Source of the DNA: a virus
Taxonomy: Duplodnaviria; Caudoviricetes
Direction: 5' to 3' (one strand)
Length of the DNA: 64,000 nt
IMG/VR virus record: IMGVR_UViG_2871745582_000001
Location: 30,410 to 94,409 of that record
The translations under genes were made by a program, and so were the position numbers. The stretch's first letter is position 1. Every line of letters starts with the position of its first letter. Shown here piece after piece: positions 10,478 to 19,980 of the stretch. The notes beneath the pieces are model-generated. The model saw nothing but the letters and a program-made list of their open reading frames with translations. It had not been told where the DNA came from and did no database searches.

Positions 10478-10654
10478 GTGAAGCAAAGCGAGTTCAGGCG
10501 GTGGCTTGAATCTCAGGGAGTCGAGGTTTCAAACGGCGCAAACCATTTGAAACTGAGATACAAAGGGAAGCGAAGCGTAATGCCCAGGCATCCCGGCTCA
10601 GAGATTAAAGAAGGACTGCGAAAGGCCATCATTAAGCAGCTTGGCCTGAAATAA
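10478..10654 (+). CDS. hicA: HicA mRNA interferase toxin, 58 aa (not in the ORF track)
   Basis: Manual translation MKQSEFRRWLESQGVEVSNGANHLKLRYKGKRSVMPRHPGSEIKEGLRKAIIKQLGLK; AGGAGG RBS; GTG start. Confidence 0.9.
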   Translation: MKQSEFRRWLESQGVEVSNGANHLKLRYKGKRSVMPRHPGSEIKEGLRKAIIKQLGLK

Positions 10655-10702
10655 CTAACCAGCCCTCCGGGGCTGGTTCTCGCGGAGATTCACTAAGACG
10701 AT

Positions 10703-11110
10703 ATGCGATACCCAGTAAATCTTGAGCCTTGCGAAGGCGGATATGTGGTTTCGTTCCCGGATATACCGGAGGCGCTTACTCAGGGCGACACGCGCGAGGA
10801 GGCTCTGGAGATGGGGCTGGACGCGCTGGTAACTTCATTCGATTTTTATTTTGAAGATAACCAGCCGGTACCCGCGCCAGGCAATATAACCGGTGATTTT
10901 GTAGAGGTGCCGGCCAGCGTAGCGGCAAAGGTGCTGCTGCTTAATGCGTTCATTGGATCCGGCTTGACTCAGGTTGAGCTGGCTTCACGCATGGGCGTTA
11001 AAAAGCAGGAAGTGACCCGCCTGTTTAACCTGCATCACTCCACCAAGATCGACACGGTACAAAAGGCACTGTCGGCGCTGGGTAAGCAACTGGAATTGAT
11101 AGCGGCCTGA
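10703..11110 (+). CDS. hicB: HicB antitoxin
   Basis: YVVSFPDIPEALTQGDTREEA plus a C-terminal HTH. Confidence 0.9.
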   Translation: MRYPVNLEPCEGGYVVSFPDIPEALTQGDTREEALEMGLDALVTSFDFYFEDNQPVPAPGNITGDFVEVPASVAAKVLLLNAFIGSGLTQVELASRMGVKKQEVTRLFNLHHSTKIDTVQKALSALGKQLELIAA

Positions 11111-11118
11111 GCCACCAC

Positions 11119-11138
11119 AAGCCCCGAAAGGGGCTTTT
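11119..11138. terminator. Intrinsic terminator between convergent hicB and mat
   Basis: AAGCCCC-GAAA-GGGGCTTTT. Confidence 0.7.
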
Positions 11139-11141
11139 CAT

Positions 11142-11783
11142 TTACAGATACCGTCCCGTCCCTGTCAGCTCTCCCTGCGGCACTTTTTCTTCATCAAGCT
11201 GGTGCAGACCGCGAAGCAGGTTGAAGAAAGGATCGAGGGGATGCGTGGCGTCGTGCCGCTCGATTTCTCCGGCCATTGCCCGGATGTAATCTGCGCTGGC
11301 CGGGTTGTGGTATTCAGTGGCGTAACAGCTTAGCAGCGTCAGGACGTGTTCTGCCTGAAGCGCCGCCCAGTCAATGCGGTAAAATTCTTCGCCGTCTTTG
11401 GTGCGGTCCGTGTCGAAAATATTCGGGGGTAACTGGAATTTGCCGGAGTCCTGGCGCGGGAAACGCAGCGCGCTTTGGCGATCCAGTTCGTTATAAATAT
11501 TCATCGCGGCCACAAGCACGGGTGTTCCGCCCGTCAGCTCATCCCGGAGGCGCACGCGATGCCCGGCGCGGCCGGTAATGAAGCTGTTTTCTTCATCCAC
11601 CAGCACCATAAAGCCTTTTTCTTCTTTCTCACGGATATCGCTGAGAAGGCTCAACTCCATCGCACGACGCTTCTCCGGATACAGGGTCTTTTCACCCATG
11701 ATCAGCTCGTTATCACGCCAGCCGGCTGTCAGCATTACCGGGCGGCCGACGCTCATGCACACGACACAGATTTTCTTATCCAT
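11142..11783 (-). CDS. mat: Particle maturation protein (P1 Mat-like)
   Basis: MDKKICVVCMSVG...EKEEKGF resembles recalled P1 Mat; cre-ref-mat order as in P1. Confidence 0.7.
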   Translation of the reverse strand: MDKKICVVCMSVGRPVMLTAGWRDNELIMGEKTLYPEKRRAMELSLLSDIREKEEKGFMVLVDEENSFITGRAGHRVRLRDELTGGTPVLVAAMNIYNELDRQSALRFPRQDSGKFQLPPNIFDTDRTKDGEEFYRIDWAALQAEHVLTLLSCYATEYHNPASADYIRAMAGEIERHDATHPLDPFFNLLRGLHQLDEEKVPQGELTGTGRYL

Positions 11784-11903
11784 ACGTCTCCAGAAAAAGA
11801 AAAAGCCACCATGAATGGCGGCCTTATATGCGTTGCCCGGCACCTGGCTAGTGCCGTCCATGGAAGTTTTTGGAAAGAGTCCCATCGGCACCGGGCGTCA
11901 GTA

Positions 11904-11922
11904 ATGATAGAGAAAGTGCTTT
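11904..11922 (-). promoter_or_regulatory. Putative late promoter of mat
   Basis: AAAGCACTT-N4-TATCAT. Confidence 0.55.
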
Positions 11923-12015
11923 GTTAGCTCGCGGCTTTTTTCTCTTCCTGCTTTGGGGTGCTCAGCTGGTGGAAAAACCACTGCCGGCGGATCGCTTTGC
12001 TTTTAACTCGTGACC

Positions 12016-12288
12016 TCACAGATTCACCTCGGACACGTCATTACGAAGAGGGTTAAGCAACGGATGACGGAGCTTTGTGTCGTGGCCAACGCAGAAAACA
12101 ATCCCGGTTGAATCGCGGATCAGCCATGAGCCGATAGCCTGGCGGCTTGTATGCTCCGGAGAGGCCTTGCGTGCCTGTACCGCCCATGCTGGCGCGCTGG
12201 AAGGGTAGCCCGCAAGGAATGCTGCTGAGAGGCGGTAAGCCTGTTCAGGCGTGGGGCAATTGTCCGGTACGGAAATGCAGTTGATCAT
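12016..12288 (-). CDS. Hypothetical protein
   Basis: 90-aa ORF with ATGA overlap. Confidence 0.5.
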   Translation of the reverse strand: MINCISVPDNCPTPEQAYRLSAAFLAGYPSSAPAWAVQARKASPEHTSRQAIGSWLIRDSTGIVFCVGHDTKLRHPLLNPLRNDVSEVNL

Positions 12289-12878
12289 GGGCGCACCATC
12301 CAGTCTTCAGCCATTAAATCGCCCGTGGAAGGCACCCAGCCGCACACCAGATCCCCGCCAGCATTTTTAAGCGCCAGTACGTCGTCAAAAGCCAGACCCT
12401 CGATATCAGCCCCCAGACCAACCGCTGCAGAGCGAGCAAGATTGGCCCCCGGGACAAGAACGATAAATTGCCCTTTGCCGTTCCAGCCAGCACGCGCAAC
12501 GCGTTTACCTTTCTTTAACCATAAAAGGGCGGCTGAAAAGTCAGCCATAGCCTGAGCATCTGCCGGGCTATCGTCAGCAGGCTTGCCGGGATTACCGCAG
12601 GGTTCTGAGCAGCGGTAGTAGCCCTGACCAGTCTGTATCAGCAGAGAAAACGCCTGCGCACATATGAGAATAGCCCTGCGCCCTATGACCGGAATTAAGA
12701 GCCAGTCATTTTCATCTGAGCCCTCAAGGATCAGGGGCTGCTGTTGAACAACTGACGCAATCTCTGCCGGCGAATGAAACAGCATACCTGCAGCGTAAAA
12801 ATCACCGACGCGGACGGCGCGGTACTCATTGTCTTTAACGTCTTTTACAGAAATGAATTTCACTTTATGAGAAGTCAT
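12285..12878 (-). CDS. DUF2829-domain protein
   Basis: C-terminal FSAAL.LKKGKRVARAGWNGKGQF...WVPSTGDLMAEDW. Confidence 0.75.
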   Translation of the reverse strand: MTSHKVKFISVKDVKDNEYRAVRVGDFYAAGMLFHSPAEIASVVQQQPLILEGSDENDWLLIPVIGRRAILICAQAFSLLIQTGQGYYRCSEPCGNPGKPADDSPADAQAMADFSAALLWLKKGKRVARAGWNGKGQFIVLVPGANLARSAAVGLGADIEGLAFDDVLALKNAGGDLVCGWVPSTGDLMAEDWMVRP

Positions 12879-12901
12879 AGTTGCCTCAAATAATTTATTA
12901 A

Positions 12902-13486
12902 TTAGAGTAATATTTCAGCAATAGAAACCGCATCCACCAGCAGTTCTAATTCTGGCTTGTTCAGGCGGTTAAATTCAGATTTGCCGCCTACGTTACCGTC
13001 TGCATGCACCGGCACCAGCCAGGGGTAAATGGCGCGGATCTCAGCGGGTGCCGCGTGCTGGTGGTGCCATTTGCATAACGGCAAGACCAGCTTGTGCGCG
13101 CCGGGCTTTGTACGCCCCTCGATATGGTGAAGGCTGATTTCCTCTGTGGTTTTGCCGTGCATGAGGCAGGCTATGCAGGGCAGGCGGCCAAGTGCATTCA
13201 TTACGCGCCTTTCATCGGCGGTAGGCGTTCGCCCTTTGGTGCCACGACCGGAGGATTTTCGCGTTCTGGAGAGGGTTGTTTTCGGCTTGGGGGCAGCGGC
13301 GCGCTCTTTTGCGCGTTCAATGGCCCGCGCCTGCATGCGCTGGTGGGTTTTGCGCTGGCGCTCATACTGGCTGGCGCGCCATTCAGGATCGGCCAGCTTG
13401 TCGCGCTGCTTGTCGATTTGTTTCTGACGGGCTTTCTGCTGCTTCTGTCGATGGCTAAGCAGCTGGTCCGGGCTAAGTTCTGGCAT
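12902..13486 (-). CDS. ref: RecA-dependent HNH nuclease Ref
   Basis: KLADPEWR, GRTPTADE, LPCIAC, SLHHI.GRT, LPLCKWHHQH closely match P1 Ref. Confidence 0.92.
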   Translation of the reverse strand: MPELSPDQLLSHRQKQQKARQKQIDKQRDKLADPEWRASQYERQRKTHQRMQARAIERAKERAAAPKPKTTLSRTRKSSGRGTKGRTPTADERRVMNALGRLPCIACLMHGKTTEEISLHHIEGRTKPGAHKLVLPLCKWHHQHAAPAEIRAIYPWLVPVHADGNVGGKSEFNRLNKPELELLVDAVSIAEILL

Positions 13487-13643
13487 GATTGAGTTCTCGC
13501 TGGCATGCGTCCATGTATCCGCTCTCTTGCCGGTCAGGATGTTTTCACCCCGAGCAATCCGGCTTATGCCCGCTGAATCCAAAAAAAGCCGCCCGGAGGC
13601 GGCAAAGATCAGGACTACAGATTGGGTTGCCTTATAAAATAAT

Positions 13644-13660
13644 AAATTTATTAGAGCAAA
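13644..13660 (-). promoter_or_regulatory. C1 operator-like site upstream of ref
   Basis: TTTGCTCTAATAAATTT on the minus strand; a related site lies at 12895-12911. Confidence 0.75.
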
Positions 13661-13989
13661 TCAAGGTTGATATAAAAACTCTGATATCTGCGCTCCACAA
13701 TGTGCCGGGCGAATATACCGGCGTAACCCGGCTCCAGCATGCCTGACTCCTGCATCTCATTGCGCAATTCCTCTGCTTTCTGCCCGATAAAGGTCATTAC
13801 CCAGAGATTATGAATGTGGGAATTATGCCGCTCTGTCACGCGACGGCGGGCGAGGGAGCACCGCCACACCACCAGCAGGCACACCTGGATCATGGTGGTA
13901 AAGATGCTCATACCGGGATCGCCATGGGAAAGCGCTAAATTCAGAAAGCCCACGCCGAAGACACCAATATTAAATTGCGTATGCGTCAT
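13651..13989 (-). CDS. Hypothetical membrane protein
   Basis: Two hydrophobic N-terminal segments. Confidence 0.5.
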   Translation of the reverse strand: MTHTQFNIGVFGVGFLNLALSHGDPGMSIFTTMIQVCLLVVWRCSLARRRVTERHNSHIHNLWVMTFIGQKAEELRNEMQESGMLEPGYAGIFARHIVERRYQSFYINLDLL

Positions 13990-13991
13990 GC

Positions 13992-14498
13992 TCAGTTCCC
14001 GCCCGTATGGCCAAAGCCACCAGCGCCGCGCTGCGTTTCGCTGAGTTCGTTAACTTCATTAAACCTGACGCGATACGCCTCCTGTAGCTTGCCCTGTGCG
14101 ATACGCTCGGAGATATTCGCGTCAACCAGTGTCGCCATGCCATACAGTTCTTTATAACCAGCGTCACTGTCAGCTGTCAGTGCGATCAGCACTTCGCCAC
14201 GGTAATCGCTGTCAATGACGCCTTCGCAGTTTGCCAGGCGGATATTGTGCTTAAAGCCGTGTCCGCTGCGCCCCACGATAACCATTTCCCAGCCGGGAGG
14301 TATTTCGAACGCCAGACCGGTAGTAAAGACGATCGTGCGGGCGTGCTCTCTGATGCACTCGACGCCCAGCGCAAAGAAATCAAAGCGCGCGGCACCCTCG
14401 GAGGCATAAACGGGAAGCCGGGCTTCAGGGCTGAGTTTTTTGACGGCCAGGTCAATGCACTTTACGCCAGTCGGGATAATCGTTTGTAAATGGGTCAT
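13992..14498 (-). CDS. dut: Trimeric dUTPase
   Basis: GRSG, GVIDSDYRGE, RIAQ, RGAGGFGHTG motifs. Confidence 0.93.
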   Translation of the reverse strand: MTHLQTIIPTGVKCIDLAVKKLSPEARLPVYASEGAARFDFFALGVECIREHARTIVFTTGLAFEIPPGWEMVIVGRSGHGFKHNIRLANCEGVIDSDYRGEVLIALTADSDAGYKELYGMATLVDANISERIAQGKLQEAYRVRFNEVNELSETQRGAGGFGHTGGN

Positions 14499-14500
14499 GT

Positions 14501-14947
14501 TTATTCCTGCATCCAGATTTCATTTGTGTCCTGGCACATAAAGCCATGACAGAAGCGGTTATATTGCTGCTTATAGGGGATGTGATTCGGCTTTTGTGTT
14601 TCGTGCCAGTGCTGGTGGCCAGCAACAAAAGCCATGCCGTTGGCGTTATAGGCGCTGTACTCGATGCCTTCGCCGTTTTCTGCTGCGCGCGCGCCGGCAG
14701 CCCAGGCGCTGAGGAAATCGCTGCGATCGGCAAACACGACTGTAAAATCGCCTTCGTCACCAACGCAGCGGATCATGCCTGCCTTGCTCAGCTGCCCCAG
14801 CGTTTTGCTGTCACCGGTAATGTCTTCGCCTGAATAGTTCCCGGCCTCATCCACGTAAGCAAAATGCGTATAGGGAGAATTAAGCTCAACCGGTACCGCG
14901 CAGGCGGCGGCAGTGAAAAAGCGCATCTGGCGTTTTGATACTTTCAT
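14501..14947 (-). CDS. Hypothetical protein
   Basis: 148-aa ORF in operon with GAGG RBS. Confidence 0.6.
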   Translation of the reverse strand: MKVSKRQMRFFTAAACAVPVELNSPYTHFAYVDEAGNYSGEDITGDSKTLGQLSKAGMIRCVGDEGDFTVVFADRSDFLSAWAAGARAAENGEGIEYSAYNANGMAFVAGHQHWHETQKPNHIPYKQQYNRFCHGFMCQDTNEIWMQE

Positions 14948-14961
14948 GCAGCCCTCACCTT

Positions 14962-15195
14962 TTATTCGCTTGGTTCCTGCCAGGCAATTTTCTGCTCTTC
15001 AATGGCGGCGCGGATTTTGGTTACTGACTTGCGGCCAAAGCCTGAGAGGCTCATCAGTCGCTTTTCGCCGGCATTAATCACGTCAAGCACCGTATGCAAA
15101 CCTTCCTGCATCAGCGTATCGAGCTGGCCCGGCGTGACAGGGAGAACGCTGGACGGGCCGGTGATGAAATTATTAACGGTGTTGCTGGACTTCAT
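14962..15195 (-). CDS. RNA polymerase alpha-CTD-like (HhH) small protein
   Basis: L..EGLHTVLDV...EKRLMSLSGFGRKSVTKIR resembles alpha-CTD (L..E.IHYIGDL...E.ELLK.PNLGKKSL.EI). Confidence 0.6.
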   Translation of the reverse strand: MKSSNTVNNFITGPSSVLPVTPGQLDTLMQEGLHTVLDVINAGEKRLMSLSGFGRKSVTKIRAAIEEQKIAWQEPSE

Positions 15196-15255
15196 GTTGA
15201 TGCTCCGTGCAATAAACAGGGTTGAGGCTGGTGGAGGTATCCACCAGCCGGGGAA

Positions 15256-15516
15256 TTAGATCAATGAATAGCCATCCATAAAGGCTTCTTTCGGGGAATA
15301 CGACGCATAAGAATCCCCGTAGATGACATAAAAGCCGCCTACCTGCGGGTTGTGCTTGTTGACCCAGTCGGCATTAACCTGCACAGACGCCAGCTGAGGG
15401 TCAGAAGGCGAAAGCGCGGCGCCATCTGGCGCGTGATTGATCTGCGCAATCTGGAATGCCTGTACAACCTTATGGCTTCTCCAGCGTGGGTAATTGGTCG
15501 AAAGTTCCTGGGTCAT
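15256..15516 (-). CDS. Conserved phage hypothetical protein
   Basis: HKVVQA.QI...PQVGGFYVIYGDSYASYSPKEAF..GY motif. Confidence 0.65.
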   Translation of the reverse strand: MTQELSTNYPRWRSHKVVQAFQIAQINHAPDGAALSPSDPQLASVQVNADWVNKHNPQVGGFYVIYGDSYASYSPKEAFMDGYSLI

Positions 15517-15526
15517 GTGGTTATCC

Positions 15527-16330
15527 TTATTTCTTTTCAGTAACGAATGCTTTGCCGTAGGCGTTATGGTGGTACGCGATCACCCATGCGGCGGGCGCAG
15601 TGTCGTAATATTTTTCCGCTGTTTTGTTGACGCCCACAAAATAGGTCAACTTAAAACGCTTTCCCTCTGCCGATACCTCGCCTGCTTGCGCTTCCTGCAC
15701 AGGCCCAGTCTTTGGGTTTTTACGGTATTCACGCAGTTCTTTCCAGAACGTTTCTGACACCACTTTTTTCTCGCGGCCGGTGAAATCATTAACGTGGACC
15801 CAGTGCGTCTGGCCTTCGAATTTAGCGTAGTGCTCTGCAAACTCTTCCATCGTCGGACGACCTGAGAAGTTGACGGCATAGCTGTTTGCTGAGTTCTTCA
15901 GGCGGCAGATAACAATAATTTGCCAGGGATAATAAGGATCCTTAGCAAAATCAGATGTGATATAGAATCGCTCACCCGCTTTAACTGGTGGGCGATGGAG
16001 CGGTGCCTCAATCGTGCCGGTCTCCGTCTTCACCGGCTCGACAGAAACAATCTGCTCATCACTGCGCTGGCTGGAGCCAGGCGGCGTGGGGAATGCTGAC
16101 GCGCCTGCAGTGACAGGAATAGACGGCGACTCGATTGTCACAGGCGACGCTGGCGCGTGCGGGGCGGCAGCTGCAGGTGTGCCATCGGCGGCCTGCTTAC
16201 TCGTGCGGCCCCAGAAATTCGACACGCGGTGAAGTCGCAGAAGCAGCTCGATGTGCTCGGGCTCAATACTGATGCCGGTAACCGCCTGGAATGTGCTGGC
16301 GGTATGCTGGAAAGGATTTTGTTGTGGCAA
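15527..16330 (-). CDS. Hypothetical protein with Pro/Ala-rich linker
   Basis: 267-aa ORF, TTG start with AGGAG RBS. Confidence 0.6.
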   Translation of the reverse strand: MPQQNPFQHTASTFQAVTGISIEPEHIELLLRLHRVSNFWGRTSKQAADGTPAAAAPHAPASPVTIESPSIPVTAGASAFPTPPGSSQRSDEQIVSVEPVKTETGTIEAPLHRPPVKAGERFYITSDFAKDPYYPWQIIVICRLKNSANSYAVNFSGRPTMEEFAEHYAKFEGQTHWVHVNDFTGREKKVVSETFWKELREYRKNPKTGPVQEAQAGEVSAEGKRFKLTYFVGVNKTAEKYYDTAPAAWVIAYHHNAYGKAFVTEKK

Positions 16331-16429
16331 TTTTTCACTCCTGCATGTGCTGTGTTATAGTGACTTCGATTGATTGTGTGGATGTTCTGGCATTCATACG
16401 CTGAGCAGGCCGGCGAAAGCTGGCCTTTT

Positions 16430-16600
16430 TTATTTCCCCTGGCTGGTCTTATACAGCGCCACCAGCACGACCATAGCGGCGGCAACCAACAGGAACACGC
16501 CCGCCTTATCCGCATCATGCTGAATAAATACCAGCCATGCATGCCAGCCCAGCGAACCTGCCCCGAAGAGACAAAAGCCCCAGGTGATCAGCTTTTTCAT
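16430..16600 (-). CDS. Small two-TM membrane protein, 56 aa
   Basis: Manual translation MKKLITWGFCLFGAGSLGWHAWLVFIQHDADKAGVFLLVAAAMVVLVALYKTSQGK; ATGA overlap; hairpin follows at 16407-16426. Confidence 0.55.
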   Translation of the reverse strand: MKKLITWGFCLFGAGSLGWHAWLVFIQHDADKAGVFLLVAAAMVVLVALYKTSQGK

Positions 16601-16911
16601 TTGCGCATCTCCAGCACTGCTGCCTGCGTTTTTGAGCGAATAAGGCTTGCATTCACAGCGCCGATAAAAGGGCCGAATTCTGCCAGCAGCTTATCCAGAC
16701 CGCGCCGCGCGGTTTCTTCAGTGGCCTTCACGACAAACGCATTGGCTTTTTCGACGGAGCGCATAGGGTATTCCGCCGTAACGCCAGCGAGGTCTGGCAT
16801 ATCCTCTGAAAGGTCCATATACACCAACACCACGGGGTTACCGCGGCGGATGGCCGACACGAGCCAGACCGTCTGTATGCCCAGATTAAATTCGCGTTTG
16901 ATGGCTGACAT
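16597..16911 (-). CDS. Hypothetical protein
   Basis: Likely start MSAIKREF with AAGGA RBS. Confidence 0.5.
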   Translation of the reverse strand: MSAIKREFNLGIQTVWLVSAIRRGNPVVLVYMDLSEDMPDLAGVTAEYPMRSVEKANAFVVKATEETARRGLDKLLAEFGPFIGAVNASLIRSKTQAAVLEMRK

Positions 16912-17149
16912 CGCATGCCGTCCTTGCAATGAACTCTTTAAGCTGGCTGGTGGGGCGCCATGTGAAGGGCGTATTACGGGTAACCCATCCGTTGCTTTCC
17001 AGCCGGCCAACAACGCGGTACCAGCTGCCGCCGCTCCGGTAAAGGCGGCTGAGCAGACCTTTAGTCAGGACGATCGAATCAAGGGAGTCGCCTTTTTCTG
17101 TCATTGCGCGGACTTCGTAGGCGAGGCGGACGGGAGCTCTGACTGCCAT
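16886..17149 (-). CDS. Hypothetical protein
   Basis: First ORF after the C1 operator at 17169-17185. Confidence 0.5.
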   Translation of the reverse strand: MAVRAPVRLAYEVRAMTEKGDSLDSIVLTKGLLSRLYRSGGSWYRVVGRLESNGWVTRNTPFTWRPTSQLKEFIARTACDVSHQTRI

Positions 17150-17168
17150 GTGATTACCCTATAAAAAT

Positions 17169-17185
17169 AAATTAATTAGAGCAAT
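17169..17185 (-). promoter_or_regulatory. C1 operator-like site
   Basis: ATTGCTCTAATTAATTT on the minus strand. Confidence 0.8.
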
Positions 17186-17227
17186 TTACACGGCAATCAG
17201 CGCGCTGTCATTCATTTTTGACGGGCT

Positions 17228-18277
17228 TTAGTTGTCTTCCAGTATGCGCACCATGGCGCTGCCTTCAGATTCCAGGTTACGGATATAGGCGATCACCATC
17301 TCCACGCGAGACCAGCCGCCCGCCTGCATAATCTCCGTCACCGATACACCAGCGCGCGCCATATCAACCGCGGCGCCAACGCGCGCACTGTGGCCAGACC
17401 AAGCCTGATAGCGCAAATCGGTCTTTTTCTTCCTGCCGTGCAGGCGTGAGTGCGCCGATTCAAACAGGGCTTCAAGCGAGCGGGGCGTTAATGGCTTCTC
17501 AGCAGACGGAACCGGCGCGCCATTTTTAAGGATGCGGCAGAACAGATAATTATCCGGATCTTCCATCACGCCGGACACCTGCATCCAGCTGTCCACCAGC
17601 CCGGTAATGTCACGGCTCAGAGTCTTGAGTGTGCCCGCCGTGCTGACCAGCGTTTTGGTACGGCCAACACGGATCTGAATGCGCCCTTCATCCGTGCGGG
17701 TAATGTCTTTGGCACGAATGCGGGATATTTCACTGATACGTAGTAGCGTGTTATACGCCAGCCCCAGGAATGCCAGCTCCCTAATCTCGGCGATTTCTTC
17801 TGTGCCGGCCAGCCGCCCGCGCAGCTTATCCAGATCGCGGCGCTGGAATGGCAGCGCCTGACCAGCCTGCTCGCCAGAGTCCACGTTCTCGCGCCGGATG
17901 CGGCGCATAACCAGGCTGACCGCGTTAGAATCGCTGGGCCGCGCCAGCCCGGCGCGCTTGTGGATGATATTGAGCATCTGCAGGTGCATGGTAATGGTTT
18001 TCACCGCCCGCCCCGCCGCCTGCAGGTGAAGCAGGTAATCCCTCACATCTTCCGACTGCGCCGGGAACCAGACGCGGCCACCCTCCTGGCACCAGGCGGA
18101 CCACTGGCGCGCCACCTGCATCAGCATCTTCCAGGTGTGCTCAGAAAAGCCGGTTTTGTCCCGGAACAGTTCGAACAGGTTGCGGCGCACCTCATCGCTG
18201 GTGGCCTCGACTGGCAGTGCGGGAAGATTGATATGAACGGGCGACGAATCAATCAGCGCCATGCTGTTTTTGGTCAT
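17228..18277 (-). CDS. cre: Cre-like tyrosine recombinase
   Basis: LPALPVEATSDEVRRNL, FSEHTWKML, and catalytic LLRISEI, RTKT, WSGHSARVG, AGGW, YIRNL. Confidence 0.95.
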   Translation of the reverse strand: MTKNSMALIDSSPVHINLPALPVEATSDEVRRNLFELFRDKTGFSEHTWKMLMQVARQWSAWCQEGGRVWFPAQSEDVRDYLLHLQAAGRAVKTITMHLQMLNIIHKRAGLARPSDSNAVSLVMRRIRRENVDSGEQAGQALPFQRRDLDKLRGRLAGTEEIAEIRELAFLGLAYNTLLRISEISRIRAKDITRTDEGRIQIRVGRTKTLVSTAGTLKTLSRDITGLVDSWMQVSGVMEDPDNYLFCRILKNGAPVPSAEKPLTPRSLEALFESAHSRLHGRKKKTDLRYQAWSGHSARVGAAVDMARAGVSVTEIMQAGGWSRVEMVIAYIRNLESEGSAMVRILEDN

Positions 18278-18285
18278 GATATTCC

Positions 18286-18504
18286 CTAAATAATGCGCGT
18301 CAGCAGCGACCAGAGAAGCGGGAATGATTTTTCCCTTTCCCCGGCAGCGTTGAAATAGGCCCAGCGCCCACGCCACAGCCGTATTGTCCCGTCACGGCGG
18401 GTAAGATGCCAGCCCTCTTTGACAAAACCTTTGGCGCGCCAGATGCCGCGCATTTTTTCAAGTTCCTGATTCTGGGCTACGTTCAAAGCTTTTTCAGATG
18501 ACAT
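18286..18504 (-). CDS. Hypothetical basic protein
   Basis: MSSEKALNV start with GAGG RBS, directly upstream of cre. Confidence 0.5.
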   Translation of the reverse strand: MSSEKALNVAQNQELEKMRGIWRAKGFVKEGWHLTRRDGTIRLWRGRWAYFNAAGEREKSFPLLWSLLTRII

Positions 18505-18925
18505 GAGCACCTCTTTCCTGTGCTGCTTGTGGTTTTGAATAATCAGGTTCGCCATGATAAACAGGACAGACATAGCCGCCTATCTCACCCGCGATTCGCC
18601 TGGCGCATGATTCTGGCCCGCTATGAGAGTGAACCCTGAAGCATTCTTCATCCGTATCCGGGTGATAAGTGATCCAGTAAGCCGGATGGCTAAATTTTTC
18701 CCGAAGCGCCTGCAGCTCTTTTTCCAGCTGGCTTGCCCGCGCACACCATTTAGCTTCACCCTCCGCCATATCAGCAGCCGATCGCTCAGAAGCCCTTAAA
18801 TTTATTGCCGCGTTGATAAGCCTTTCATCGGCATTTAGCAGCATTTTTGCCATCATGGCGACTTCTTCCTTTGATGCCTGGCTGCCATCCTCAGAAAAAA
18901 GTGTAATAGTCTCTTTATCAATCAT
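18494..18925 (-). CDS. Hypothetical phage protein (coiled coil)
   Basis: 143-aa ORF overlapping neighbours. Confidence 0.55.
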   Translation of the reverse strand: MIDKETITLFSEDGSQASKEEVAMMAKMLLNADERLINAAINLRASERSAADMAEGEAKWCARASQLEKELQALREKFSHPAYWITYHPDTDEECFRVHSHSGPESCARRIAGEIGGYVCPVYHGEPDYSKPQAAQERGAHVI

Positions 18926-19980
18926 GATGCTTTATCCATATCCACCAGCGCGATCGGCTCCAGCTGGTTATCGTCGCTGTTTCCGAAGCGCTGGCACTCA
19001 TCAAGACGGAATTTGCCGGCATAGTTTGGATCTTTGGTGTAGCCGTTAAACCCTGAGCGATGGTAGAGCTGGTGCTCAGTATTAAAGACGCGATACAGCT
19101 GCTCATCTGGCTTGAAAAGCAGGCCTTTCAGCTGGTGGGCGCGCAGAAAATCCATCTTGGTTACGGCATCGGAAAGCAGAGATTCCAGGCGCTGGCGGCG
19201 GCGGCGCTCGTTGCGTTTCATGCGGAGATTCTCCGGCACCGACGTGTACAGGTCAAAGCTGGCCTGATTGGCCCAGTCATACTTGCCGGTGATCACCCAC
19301 CACATATTGTTGATATTGTAATACGCCGTTCCGGTCTGGACGCGGCCTTTCCAGTCAAAGAAATAGACACGCTGGCCGTGCGCCAGCGACTTGCCATCGG
19401 CGGATCCCCGGTTGGAATCACTGATTCCGTAAGTTGTCAGGTCGCCTTTAAAATGCCAGCTTTCTTTGTATTGTTGCTCCAGCCAGTGCATGGCAGTGAT
19501 GCCGCCGGGACCAACGTTACGCCTTGATCTGCCCTGATAATCGTCAACGGTATAATCTGTAAATACGGTGGTCAGGTACTTGATAATTGCGTTACGGGTG
19601 CGGCGCATCTCCATCAGTATGAGGAAAGGCATGTGCTTTTCCTTATCAGATTGGTAGCGACCATCGTGATCGGGGCGGTCTGGCGCGTTGACGTTCTGGA
19701 AAAATTCAAGCTCGATGCAGCAGCCGGAAATTTTCAGGTCAGCCTTTAAATCCCCCTTTACGCAAAAGCGGAAGCGGCGCGCAAACCCAATGCCGTACTG
19801 CTGCACTTTTTCTTGCGGGACAGATAAAGACCAGCCCAGACGGTTCATTTTCTGGATGATGCGCTTAAACACCTGCTGTTTGAATTTGTCCTCAGACGGA
19901 TCGCACAGCGAAATGCCCTCTTCCCGTATAAACAGAGCGGCGTCAGTAAGACGGATTTTGCCGGTTCTTTCGATTTTCAT
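18922..19980 (-). CDS. Conserved phage hypothetical protein
   Basis: 352-aa ORF with GTAYYNINNMWWV; ATGA coupling. Confidence 0.7.
   Translation of the reverse strand: MKIERTGKIRLTDAALFIREEGISLCDPSEDKFKQQVFKRIIQKMNRLGWSLSVPQEKVQQYGIGFARRFRFCVKGDLKADLKISGCCIELEFFQNVNAPDRPDHDGRYQSDKEKHMPFLILMEMRRTRNAIIKYLTTVFTDYTVDDYQGRSRRNVGPGGITAMHWLEQQYKESWHFKGDLTTYGISDSNRGSADGKSLAHGQRVYFFDWKGRVQTGTAYYNINNMWWVITGKYDWANQASFDLYTSVPENLRMKRNERRRRQRLESLLSDAVTKMDFLRAHQLKGLLFKPDEQLYRVFNTEHQLYHRSGFNGYTKDPNYAGKFRLDECQRFGNSDDNQLEPIALVDMDKAS

Noticed and set aside
18278-18376. Longer Cre start
   Set aside because: It overlaps the upstream gene; similarity to Cre begins after 18277.
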